A stretch of 64,000 nucleotides of DNA. It comes from Candidatus Saccharimonadales bacterium (GTDB lineage Bacteria > Patescibacteriota > Saccharimonadia > Saccharimonadales > UBA4665). How positions within the stretch are numbered: the first letter of the stretch is position 1; every line of letters begins with the position of its first letter. Shown piece by piece: positions 27,075 through 35,739 of this stretch. Made by a program: the position numbers and the translations under genes. The notes under the pieces are model-generated. The model had not been told where the DNA came from. It saw only the letters and a list, made by a program, of their open reading frames with translations, and ran no database searches. The DNA lies in NCBI GenBank assembly GCA_044228355.1, contig JBGAVA010000001.1, forward strand, positions 16,229 through 80,228, read 5' to 3'.

Positions 27075-29696
27075 TTGTTCACTATGGCAACCAAGATTTT
27101 TAAGAAAACTGAAGAGCCAGCACACGACGACACAGGGGTGGTTCTTTTGCTACAGGTGCCCCGAACCAATGACAAAAAGGAGCTAGCAGCCGAGCAGATG
27201 TTTGCCAGCCTGCACGGACTGCTTACCATACCAACACCTGGTATACTCAAGGCCGCCAAGCGTGAGCGGCTGAGTTTTGAGATAGCGGTACGCGGCAAGC
27301 GTATCGGTTTCTATGTCTGGGTGCCGCGCTACCTGGTTAGTTACGTCGAGGAACAGATCTACGCGCAGTATCCGACAGTACATATCACAGAAGTCGAAGA
27401 TTACGCGATGGACAATCCAGAAATCAAGTATTCGACCCAGCTTGGCACGGAACTACGCTTCACTGCCAACAATGCTCTGCCTATCAAGACGTTTCAAAGT
27501 TTTGAAGTCGATCCGCTGGCTGCCATTACGGCAACGTTAGCAAAGTTTAACGATGACGAAGAGGCCTGGCTCCAGCTTTTGATCAGGCCAGCCAGCCAAA
27601 ACTGGCACCGCTCAAGCGAGCGCTACGTGGCGAAGATGAAGGGCCAGAGTAGTATGACGACAACTGGCTTGCTGAGTGTGCTCTGGGCGCCGCCGGAAAC
27701 TAAGGCCGAGACGGCGAAACTGACTGACGACCAGCAAACCCGGGTAGGAGCGGCCGAGCAGAAGGTGCAGAAACTTGCGTTTGAGACTCAGGTTCGCATC
27801 GTCTACCGCGGCAACACCCTGAAACAGCAGGCGCAACTTCAGATGCAATCAATTATAGCCAGCTACAAACAGTTCAACAGCACGTATCTGAACGGTTTTG
27901 AAGCAAAGCGCATTGCAGACGACCCGCTGCTCATTTCTCACTTTAGCCGCCGTGCGTTTAACAAGGCGGGCTTTATGTGCAATATAGAAGAGGTTGCCAC
28001 CTTGTACCATTTGCCCCACACCAATGTGGAGACGCCGTATATCATGTGGGCGACAAGCCAAACTGCCGAACCACCTGCCAACTTGCCCGTCGTTTCGCCC
28101 AGCACACAGGAAACCCTCAGCCCTGTGGCCGCCACGAACTTCCGCGGCCACAACACCATGTTTGGCATGCCGCGAAGTGACCGCGGACGCCACCTGTACG
28201 TCATAGGCCAGACGGGTACTGGTAAATCTGGCTTGCTGGAGCTGCTGACCATATCTGATATCTACAGCCCGTACGGGTTTGCTGTGATTGACCCGCACGG
28301 TGATTACGCTCTCAACATCCTGAAACGTATCCCGGCGGAACGGGCGGCAGACGTTGTCTATTTCAACCCGGCCGACACCGATTTCCCCATGGGCTTCAAC
28401 CCGCTCGAAATATACGACCCCAAGCTCAAAACGCACACCAGCTCAGAGCTCATCGGAGTAATCAAACGAATGTTTGATTACAGCTGGGGGCCGCGCCTAG
28501 AATATATTTTGCGCTACTGTCTGCTCGCGCTGCTGGAATACCCTCAGGCTACCATGCTCGACATCACGCGCATGCTAACAGAGAAGAAATTCCGCAATGA
28601 AGTCTTGCAGTACGTTCACGATCCGGTCGTCCGCAACTTCTGGACAATAGAGTTTGCTAGCTGGAACGACAAGTTTATGACCGAAGCGATTGCGCCCATC
28701 CTAAATAAGATCGGTGCCTTCACCGCGAACCCGCTGGTGCGCAACATCATCGGCCAGCCAAAGAGCAGCTTCAATATACGGCAGATTATGGATGAGCGGA
28801 AGATTCTCATCGTCAACCTCAGCCGCGGGTTAGTCGGCGAGGACAACGCCGCTCTGCTCGGCGCCCTGCTGGTCACCAAAGTGCAAATGGCGTCGATGTC
28901 CCGTGCCGACATCCCCGGCGAGCAGCGTATGCCGTTCTATCTGTATGTCGATGAGTTCCAGAACTTTGCGACCGATTCGTTCGCGACCATTCTGAGCGAG
29001 GCGCGCAAATATGGTTTGAACCTCACCGTGGCCAACCAGTATATTGCCCAGATGATACCCGAAGTCAGAGACGCGGTATTCGGTAACGTCGGCTCGATAA
29101 TCAGTTTTCGTACCAGCGCCGATGACGCCAGCACCATGATGAAATACTTTGAGCCCAAATTCACCGATCATGACATGGTGCATATGAATAACCGTCACTT
29201 TGCCGTCAGCATGACCATAGGCGGGGAAAAGATGCAGGCGTTTTCGGCCGTTAGCCTTAACCTGCCACCGTTCCAGCAGGATTACACCGCGCAAATCGTA
29301 GAACACAGCCGGTCGACGTATTCTCGCACCCGTCAGCAGGTCGAAGGGTACATCGCAGAACGATACGGACTTCAAGGTTCGGTTGTAACCACGCCTCCCG
29401 TTGCTGCACGTCCTCTTGCGTCTGCCACATTGCCACCCGAGCCAGAGCAGAAGCCAGCCGCACAGCCCAGAAGCGGTGGTCAAGCAGCAGCTGAGCAAGT
29501 GTTAGCCGCGAGCGAACTAGTCATGACCACCGATTCGTCAGTCAAACCAAAACGAAAGCGTGTCCGCAAGCGTAAAAAAGCAACCACGGAAGCACCAGAA
29601 CCCGCTAGCCCCCCGCCCAGTTCCTCGGTCCCGGCTGCCCAGAAGACACAACCTAGCGTCGTGGAAGACGAAACGGTTATCCACATAAAACGGTAG
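27075..29696 (+). CDS. T4SS coupling-protein-like / DUF87-HerA-FtsK-superfamily P-loop ATPase with a roughly 350-aa N-terminal domain of unknown function
   Basis: Walker A VIGQTGTGKSG, Walker B FYLYVDEFQNF, ARKYGLNLTVANQY, and a Pro/Lys-rich C-terminal tail. Confidence 0.6.
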   Translation: MFTMATKIFKKTEEPAHDDTGVVLLLQVPRTNDKKELAAEQMFASLHGLLTIPTPGILKAAKRERLSFEIAVRGKRIGFYVWVPRYLVSYVEEQIYAQYPTVHITEVEDYAMDNPEIKYSTQLGTELRFTANNALPIKTFQSFEVDPLAAITATLAKFNDDEEAWLQLLIRPASQNWHRSSERYVAKMKGQSSMTTTGLLSVLWAPPETKAETAKLTDDQQTRVGAAEQKVQKLAFETQVRIVYRGNTLKQQAQLQMQSIIASYKQFNSTYLNGFEAKRIADDPLLISHFSRRAFNKAGFMCNIEEVATLYHLPHTNVETPYIMWATSQTAEPPANLPVVSPSTQETLSPVAATNFRGHNTMFGMPRSDRGRHLYVIGQTGTGKSGLLELLTISDIYSPYGFAVIDPHGDYALNILKRIPAERAADVVYFNPADTDFPMGFNPLEIYDPKLKTHTSSELIGVIKRMFDYSWGPRLEYILRYCLLALLEYPQATMLDITRMLTEKKFRNEVLQYVHDPVVRNFWTIEFASWNDKFMTEAIAPILNKIGAFTANPLVRNIIGQPKSSFNIRQIMDERKILIVNLSRGLVGEDNAALLGALLVTKVQMASMSRADIPGEQRMPFYLYVDEFQNFATDSFATILSEARKYGLNLTVANQYIAQMIPEVRDAVFGNVGSIISFRTSADDASTMMKYFEPKFTDHDMVHMNNRHFAVSMTIGGEKMQAFSAVSLNLPPFQQDYTAQIVEHSRSTYSRTRQQVEGYIAERYGLQGSVVTTPPVAARPLASATLPPEPEQKPAAQPRSGGQAAAEQVLAASELVMTTDSSVKPKRKRVRKRKKATTEAPEPASPPPSSSVPAAQKTQPSVVEDETVIHIKR

Positions 29697-29871
29697 TTGA
29701 CTCACACGCATCTTTTACCCCAGTGTCATTCCGACCCCATTCGGCTTCGCTCAGGGCAGGCTCCGTGGAGGAATCTCGTCCGATGCTAACACGGACGGGA
29801 TCTTTCGACGGAGTTTATCCTGAGCAAAGCCGAAGGGCTCAAGATGACATCAAAAGATGCGCGTGGGTCAG
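29697..29871 (+). mobile_element. MITE-like element copy 1 (175 bp) with 20-bp terminal inverted repeats and a 10-bp target duplication
   Basis: Termini are TTGACTCACACGCATCTTTT and AAAAGATGCGCGTGGGTCAG. It is flanked on both sides by AAAACGGTAG (29687-29696 and 29872-29881). Confidence 0.75.
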
Positions 29872-29919
29872 AAAACGGTAGTCCACTTTGGGGTGGTAGG
29901 CTATACTATCTAACAGTCC

Positions 29920-31530
29920 ATGCAAACACCCATTTTTCGCAACCGGAAACGAATTACTTTCGGCAATGCCGCCCTGTTGCTCGTGGGAACGTCTTTGGTA
30001 GCGCAATTGATGGGCTTTCTCAGAACAAAAGTGGTGAATGCCAACTTCAACTCAACACCAACACACTACGTTCCACCCGATCAAAACGCCGGCGTCTACT
30101 TCGCGGCCTTCGTTCTGCCCGATTTCTTTTTCTTCATCATCGCGGCCGGTGCACTAGGCGTTGCCTTCATGCCGTATCTTTCCGATCGATTGGCCAAGGG
30201 TGACCGCAAGAGCGTCTGGGAACTTTCTAGTAGTCTGGTGAATTTTTTGAGCATATTTTTGTGCGCTGTTGGCGTGCTGATGTTCGTTTCGGCTGATTTT
30301 TTGGCGAATAAATTGGTGCCCGGCTTTACCAAAGACCAGCTGGACAATGTCGCTACCATGATCCGTATCATTGCCTTTAACCCACTGCTGTTTACCATAT
30401 CGGGCGTGCTGGCGGCAGTCCAGCAGGTTTTCGGAAGATTTTTCTTTTATGCCATTGCGCCGCTGTTTTACAACCTGGCCATCATTGCTAGTCTGTACAT
30501 TTTCAAAGACAATATTGGCATAGTCGGATTGGCCATCGGTGCCGCTGTCGGGGCATTTCTGCAGCTGGCGATTATTTTGGCAGGATCATACGGGCTTGGC
30601 TTCCGCTGGAAACCCAAGATCCACCGCACAGCCGAATTCAAGCAAATGATCAAACAGCTACCACCGCGCTCACTGGACCAGGGGCTCGACCAGGTGCAGA
30701 GCATCGTCGAAACAAAATTAGCTTCCAGCCAGATGCTAGGTGGGGCGACCGCCGTCGGCAACTACAACAGTGCGTATGTGTTGCACACTGCGCCAATCCT
30801 GCTTATTGGCACGGCTATCTCGACGGCAATATTCCCCAAGCTGAACGCGCGCCTCAGCCAGGGTCGCCCCGATCTGTTCCGGCAGGATTTTCTTCGCACC
30901 CTGCGGCTGATACTGTGGATTACGCTGCCAGTCGTTGTCGTCAGCTTTTTTGCGCGAGGCTACTTGGCGCGTATGATCTTCTCTAGCAACTCCCAGGCCA
31001 TCACCAACATCTTTGGTTTTCTCTGCGTAGCCATACTGTTCCGAACGCTCTACGCCATCATTTCCCGTTGGTTTTACGCCCAGAAAGATACGCGGACACC
31101 ACTGGTAGTATCGGTATTTGTGATTGCCCTGAATATTGTGCTGGCGGTGGCCCTTTCTCGGCCGCACGCCTACGGAGTTGAAGGATTGGCGCTCGCTCAG
31201 TCTATTGTGGCGGCGGTTGAAGTGGTCATCCTTAGCAGCATCATGCTGATCCGAGATCGTAAATTGTTCGACGTTGATTTTTGGAGCGGCGTCCTGCGGA
31301 TAGTATCGGTGACCGGCTTTAGCCTGATGGCCGGATTTATTTCGGTACAGTTTTTGCCGCTTGGCGCGAATGACCTGGGTGTCGCCCTGTTGTTCAAATT
31401 TACGGTCATTGCCAGCGTGACACTGGTCACGCACCTGGTTGTATCGGGCCTGTTTGCGCTCGAGGAAGCCCGTACTGTCTTTAGCTGGCTGAAGCGGCTT
31501 ATTTTGCGCCCTGTGCGTATCGAGTGGTAA
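29920..31530 (+). CDS. murJ: lipid II flippase MurJ/MviN
   Basis: The N-terminal AALLLVGTSLVAQLMGFLRTKVV box and a 14-TM MOP-superfamily layout. Confidence 0.85.
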   Translation: MQTPIFRNRKRITFGNAALLLVGTSLVAQLMGFLRTKVVNANFNSTPTHYVPPDQNAGVYFAAFVLPDFFFFIIAAGALGVAFMPYLSDRLAKGDRKSVWELSSSLVNFLSIFLCAVGVLMFVSADFLANKLVPGFTKDQLDNVATMIRIIAFNPLLFTISGVLAAVQQVFGRFFFYAIAPLFYNLAIIASLYIFKDNIGIVGLAIGAAVGAFLQLAIILAGSYGLGFRWKPKIHRTAEFKQMIKQLPPRSLDQGLDQVQSIVETKLASSQMLGGATAVGNYNSAYVLHTAPILLIGTAISTAIFPKLNARLSQGRPDLFRQDFLRTLRLILWITLPVVVVSFFARGYLARMIFSSNSQAITNIFGFLCVAILFRTLYAIISRWFYAQKDTRTPLVVSVFVIALNIVLAVALSRPHAYGVEGLALAQSIVAAVEVVILSSIMLIRDRKLFDVDFWSGVLRIVSVTGFSLMAGFISVQFLPLGANDLGVALLFKFTVIASVTLVTHLVVSGLFALEEARTVFSWLKRLILRPVRIEW

Positions 31531-31575
31531 ATCGCACTGACCTCTGTTATACTCCCAGAGTTAAGAGTTATTCTA

Positions 31576-33462
31576 GTGGATCAGTCACACATACGAAATT
31601 TTTGTATCATCGCCCATATCGATCACGGTAAGTCCACGCTGGCTGACCGATTGCTCGAGCTGACCGGAACAGTCGAAAAGCGCAACATGAAAGCGCAGCT
31701 GCTCGACCGCATGGATCTAGAGCGCGAAAAGGGCATTACCATAAAGCTTGCACCCGTGAGGATGACCTATCGGTCATCCCAAGCACCAAATCCCAAATCC
31801 CAAGTCCCAAACCTGCAGGAATACGAGCTGAACCTCATAGACACGCCGGGTCACGTGGATTTTTCGTACGAAGTCTCCCGCAGCCTCCAGGCGTGCGAGG
31901 GTGCGCTGCTGGTGGTCGATGCCAGCCAGGGCATCCAGGCGCAGACACTCGCAAATGTCTACCTAGCCATGGAACAAGACCTTACCATCATCCCAGTGCT
32001 GAACAAAATCGACCTGCCTGCCGCCGATGTCGCCAAAGTCAGCCGTGAGATCATCAGCCTGCTGGGCTGTACAGCAGAAGATATTCTGCACATTTCTGCC
32101 AAAACTGGTCTGGGCATAGAGGCCGTCCTCGAGCGTATTGTGGCCGATATACCCCCTCCGCGAGCACCTATGGGTCTGTCCTCTAGGTCGCAGCGGGGTG
32201 AAACCGACAGGGGGGAATTGACCATCCCAGGTGAAAAGTCGGCCACCAGAGCGCTCATTTTCGATAGTTACTACGATGATTACCGTGGTGTCATTTTGTA
32301 CGTCCGTGTTTTCGATGGGCATATCCTAAAGAACGCTCAGATAAAGATGCTCGCCACTAGCGCGCAGGGAATCGCGCTGGAAGTGGGGGCGCTCAAACCA
32401 GATATGACGCCAAATGCCGAACTTAAGACCGGTGAGATTGGCTACATCGTCACCAACCTCAAGAGTACCCGTGAAGCCCGCGTCGGCGATACAGTCACGC
32501 TGGTGTCTCATCCGGCCGCCGAGGCGCTGCCAGGTTACCGCGATGTCCAACCGTTTGTTTACGCTGGCTTCTTCCCAGAGAGCAACGAGTATTACCAGGA
32601 GCTGAAAGACGCCATAGAAAAACTCAGCCTCAGTGATTCGGCGCTGCAGTTCGCACCGGAAAATTCGCCCGTGCTGGGCTTCGGTGTACGTATCGGTTTC
32701 CTGGGATTACTGCACATGGATATCATCCGCGAGCGCCTGGAGCGCGAGTACAACCTCGAGCTCGTCGTCACGAACCCAAGCACCGACTACCAGATCAAAC
32801 TCGTGGGTGGCGAAGAGGTCGATATCAAATCTGCCGCAGACTTGCCGGAAGTGACCAAGATCGCCGAGATCCGCGAGCCGTGGATAAAGGGCGAAATAGT
32901 CGTACCGCAGACCTATGTCGGCCCCGTTATCCAGCTCATATCGTCCAAGCGCGGGCTGCAAACCAACCTGAGCTACATAGACGAGCAGGCCATGGTGAGC
33001 TTTGCGGCACCCCTGGCGAACCTCCTGACGGACTTCTACGACCAGCTCAAAAGCATTACTAGCGGCTACGGCAGCTTCAACTACGAACTCGATGATTACC
33101 GCGCCGAAGACCTCGTAAAGGTCGATTTCTACGTGGCTGGCGACATGGTCGGCGCACTGAGCGTCATGGTGCACCGCAGCGAGGCGCAGCGGCTGGGCCG
33201 CGAAACGGTCGAAAAACTCAAGGAAGTCATCCCGCGCCAGAACTTCCAGGTCGCCATCCAGGCAGGCATCAACGGTCGCTTCATCGCCCGCGAAGACTTA
33301 AGCGCCTACCGCAAGGACGTCACGACCGGCCTCTACGGCGGTGATGTCTCCCGCAAAAAGAAAGTCCTCGCCAAACAAGCCAAGGGCAAAAAACGCATGA
33401 AACGTTTCGGCCGCGTCGACATCCCAGCCGAAGCCTTCACCGTCATGCTAAAACGAGATTGA
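31576..33462 (+). CDS. lepA: elongation factor 4 (LepA)
   Basis: IRNFCIIAHIDHGKSTLADR, DTPGHVDF, NKIDLP, and the C-terminal YGGDVSRKKKVLAKQAKGKKRMK. There are two insertions relative to the E. coli protein as recalled. Confidence 0.95.
   Translation: MDQSHIRNFCIIAHIDHGKSTLADRLLELTGTVEKRNMKAQLLDRMDLEREKGITIKLAPVRMTYRSSQAPNPKSQVPNLQEYELNLIDTPGHVDFSYEVSRSLQACEGALLVVDASQGIQAQTLANVYLAMEQDLTIIPVLNKIDLPAADVAKVSREIISLLGCTAEDILHISAKTGLGIEAVLERIVADIPPPRAPMGLSSRSQRGETDRGELTIPGEKSATRALIFDSYYDDYRGVILYVRVFDGHILKNAQIKMLATSAQGIALEVGALKPDMTPNAELKTGEIGYIVTNLKSTREARVGDTVTLVSHPAAEALPGYRDVQPFVYAGFFPESNEYYQELKDAIEKLSLSDSALQFAPENSPVLGFGVRIGFLGLLHMDIIRERLEREYNLELVVTNPSTDYQIKLVGGEEVDIKSAADLPEVTKIAEIREPWIKGEIVVPQTYVGPVIQLISSKRGLQTNLSYIDEQAMVSFAAPLANLLTDFYDQLKSITSGYGSFNYELDDYRAEDLVKVDFYVAGDMVGALSVMVHRSEAQRLGRETVEKLKEVIPRQNFQVAIQAGINGRFIAREDLSAYRKDVTTGLYGGDVSRKKKVLAKQAKGKKRMKRFGRVDIPAEAFTVMLKRD
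31779..31813 (+). repeat. heptanucleotide tract (CCAAGCA CCAAATC CCAAATC CCAAGTC CCAAACC) inside lepA
   Basis: Five 7-nt units encoding SQAPNPKSQVPN, at a site where E. coli LepA is about 10 aa shorter. Confidence 0.8.
32197..32236 (-). repeat. copy of the TTTCACCTGGGATG composite element embedded in frame in lepA
   Basis: The plus strand reads GGTGAAACCGACAGGGGGGAATTGACCATCCCAGGTGAAA, the same two-box layout as the intergenic copies. Confidence 0.65.
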
Positions 33463-33585
33463 CAGGCTAGTAAGCTAACCTTTCTCAGAACCGTTCGCAA
33501 CTCTGTCATCCTGAACTCGTTTCAGGATCCATACGCTTAGAATGAACGTCCTGTTGCAAAGCATGATGCTTCAAACAACTTCAAT

Positions 33586-33627
33586 GAGGTAAAACAGCTA
33601 TCTGGTAGAGGTGCATCCCAGGTGAAA
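33586..33627 (-). repeat. copy of the TTTCACCTGGGATG composite element
   Basis: The plus strand reads AGGTAAAACAGCTATCTGGTAGAGGTGCATCCCAGGTGAAA. It abuts the bcp stop codon at 33628. Confidence 0.7.
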
Positions 33628-34089
33628 TTAGCGGTTTTGGAGTTGGCGGAGATCGGCGAGGATTTCGGCGGCGTGGGCGGTGGGGTCGACACCTTTGTAC
33701 TCCTTCGCGATACCCCCGGCAGGGTCTATCAGAAACGTATTGCGTTTGGTGCCGAGCAGTGTTTTGCCCCAGAAAAACTTCGGATCCCATGAATCGTAGG
33801 CAGCGGCTACGGCGTGATCTGGGTCGCTCAGCAGCGTGAAGTTCAGGCCGTGTTTCTCGCGGAACTCGCGGTGACTATCCGGCGTATCTTTACTGACGCC
33901 GAGGACTACGGCGTGGCCGAACTCGGCTATGGCATCGCGGGCATCGCGAAAGGCGCAGGCCTCTAGGGTGCACCCGGGAGTGTTATCTTTGGGGTAGAAA
34001 TACAATACTACCCACTGGCCGCGGTAATCACTGAGCGAGTGCGGTTTGCCGTCCTGATCGTTTAGCGTGAAGTCTGGTGCTTGTTTCAT
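33628..34089 (-). CDS. bcp: thiol peroxidase Bcp (peroxiredoxin)
   Basis: MKQAPDFTLNDQDGKPHSLSDYRGQWVVLYFYPKDNTPGCTLEAC. The listed 70-aa N-terminal extension runs through a MITE and is rejected. Confidence 0.85.
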   Translation of the reverse strand: MKQAPDFTLNDQDGKPHSLSDYRGQWVVLYFYPKDNTPGCTLEACAFRDARDAIAEFGHAVVLGVSKDTPDSHREFREKHGLNFTLLSDPDHAVAAAYDSWDPKFFWGKTLLGTKRNTFLIDPAGGIAKEYKGVDPTAHAAEILADLRQLQNR

Positions 34090-34115
34090 GTAGGTACAGT
34101 AGCATACTACTAGCC

Positions 34116-34265
34116 CTGACCCACGCTCAGTTTTTATCACGTTGTCATTCCGACCCCTTCGGCTTCGCTCAGGGCAGGCTCCGTGGAGGAATCTCGTTAG
34201 ATGCGGACACGGACGAGATCTTTCGACTACGCTCAAGATGACATCAAAAACTGAGCGTGGGTCAG
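34116..34265 (+). mobile_element. MITE-like element copy 2 (150 bp)
   Basis: Perfect 20-bp terminal inverted repeats CTGACCCACGCTCAGTTTTT / AAAAACTGAGCGTGGGTCAG. The flanks CTACTAGC and CTACAAGC match at 7 of 8 positions. Confidence 0.8.
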
Positions 34266-34315
34266 CTACAAGCATATTGCTTTGTAACGGAGCGTACATC
34301 TGCTATAACTACTGC

Positions 34316-35029
34316 ATGCAAGACGACACAAAACAACTCCTCGAACACTACAAACCCAGCCAAGAAACTATCGACACACTCCGGTCGCAGCGGCTCATCA
34401 TATTCGCAGGCACAGCCGGGGCGGGTAAGAACGCCATCATGAACGGTCTGCTAAAGAGCGGCAAATACCACGATATCGTGACCAGCACCACCCGTGAGCC
34501 GCGGGAAAACAACGGTGTTATGGAACAAAACGGCGTAGACTACATATTTCTCTCGCACGACGAAGCGGTCGAAAAACTGAAGGCCGGCGAGTACATCGAG
34601 GCAGCGCCGGTGCACGAGTACATATACGGCGTACTGGCAAGCGAGATAGAGCGGGCGGCCGCAGCTGGGAAAACGCCGATCGTAGATGTCGACGTCCAGG
34701 GTGTGCATACGTTTAAATCGCTTTCAGATAATGTGGTGGCGATATTTGTGGTGCCGCCGAGCTTTGAGGTGTGGATGCAGCGGATCAAGCACCGCTATGA
34801 GAACGAAGCAGAGTTCAACGAGGTATGGCCAGCGCGGCGAGCTAGTGCTATACGAGAGCTGGAAGACGCGCTGAGTAAGCCGTACTACCACTTCCTGGTG
34901 AATGAAGATCTTGACCAGGCGGTTCATTCTGCCGAGGGAATCATAGCGCATAAGGACACGCAGCGGCAGATTGATAAGAGTTATCGGGTGTGGGTTGAGC
35001 GGATTTTAGCCGATCTTAAAGCTCACTAG
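34316..35029 (+). CDS. guanylate kinase-family P-loop kinase
   Basis: P-loop IIFAGTAGAGKNAI, then TTREPRENNGVMEQNGVDYIF (GK signature). The start is set at MQDDTK, downstream of the MITE. Confidence 0.7.
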   Translation: MQDDTKQLLEHYKPSQETIDTLRSQRLIIFAGTAGAGKNAIMNGLLKSGKYHDIVTSTTREPRENNGVMEQNGVDYIFLSHDEAVEKLKAGEYIEAAPVHEYIYGVLASEIERAAAAGKTPIVDVDVQGVHTFKSLSDNVVAIFVVPPSFEVWMQRIKHRYENEAEFNEVWPARRASAIRELEDALSKPYYHFLVNEDLDQAVHSAEGIIAHKDTQRQIDKSYRVWVERILADLKAH

Positions 35030-35739
35030 GGCCGGAAATCTTTTCATTTTATATGGCACGCTAATTATATTAACTGGCTTGATATTGCCGAATCCTCGAA
35101 GGTGCAGTACGGTGAATGGTATCGCAGCCGCGCAGGAAAGAAAAAGCTTTGTTTTTCTTTCCTAGCAGCGAGAAAAGAGGCTAGTCCGATGTACTGCAGA
35201 AGAAAAATGTACAGGAGCTTGAGAGAAGCCAGTGGTGCGGCTAGCTTTGCTAGTCGGCTGGCTGGTGCGAGAGTTGTGCCTAGGTGAACTTCGACAATAG
35301 AATCAAGGGGTAATTAGCTAGCGCATGTCATATCCCGACCGTTCGGCTGAGGTTGAGCCGAACGCTATTACTAAAGTGCCAGTGGCATTTTGTGATACGG
35401 GCGGTACTGCGACGAAAGGTCGAAGTGGCGGGCAAGGAGATTGCCTGAGCCTCAGTTCAAAGGGCCTCATTATGTTGATACCAGGCGAGATCCTACCACG
35501 GGCTGCCTTCTTAAAATTCAGATGCGATAAAGAAGGCACCCTGAAAGAGCTAGGCGGCTCGGTTCGGTTGGCTTGGCGCCGATAAGTTGTCATAAGCGCA
35601 ACGATCAGAGGAATATAAATGTTGTATAAATAACGTTATGCGTAAGATGTTTTTTGGCTACTTGACGTAGCTATATTGGTTATGGTAAGGTACGTCTAGT
35701 TGAATAAAATCAAGACCAAAAAAAGGAAGGAATGTCTCT

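Noticed and set aside
33628-35029. Long N-terminal extensions of ORFs 33628..34299 (-) and 34142..35029 (+), which overlap each other
   Set aside because: Both extensions are read-through of MITE copy 2 (34116-34265). The conserved Bcp and guanylate-kinase sequences begin at internal Met codons (34089 and 34316).
35318-35593. Mutually antisense ORFs 35318..35593 (-) and 35325..35585 (+), considered as genes
   Set aside because: They lack a start context or RBS, show no recognisable motif, and are mirror images of each other. The region is treated as non-coding of unknown nature.
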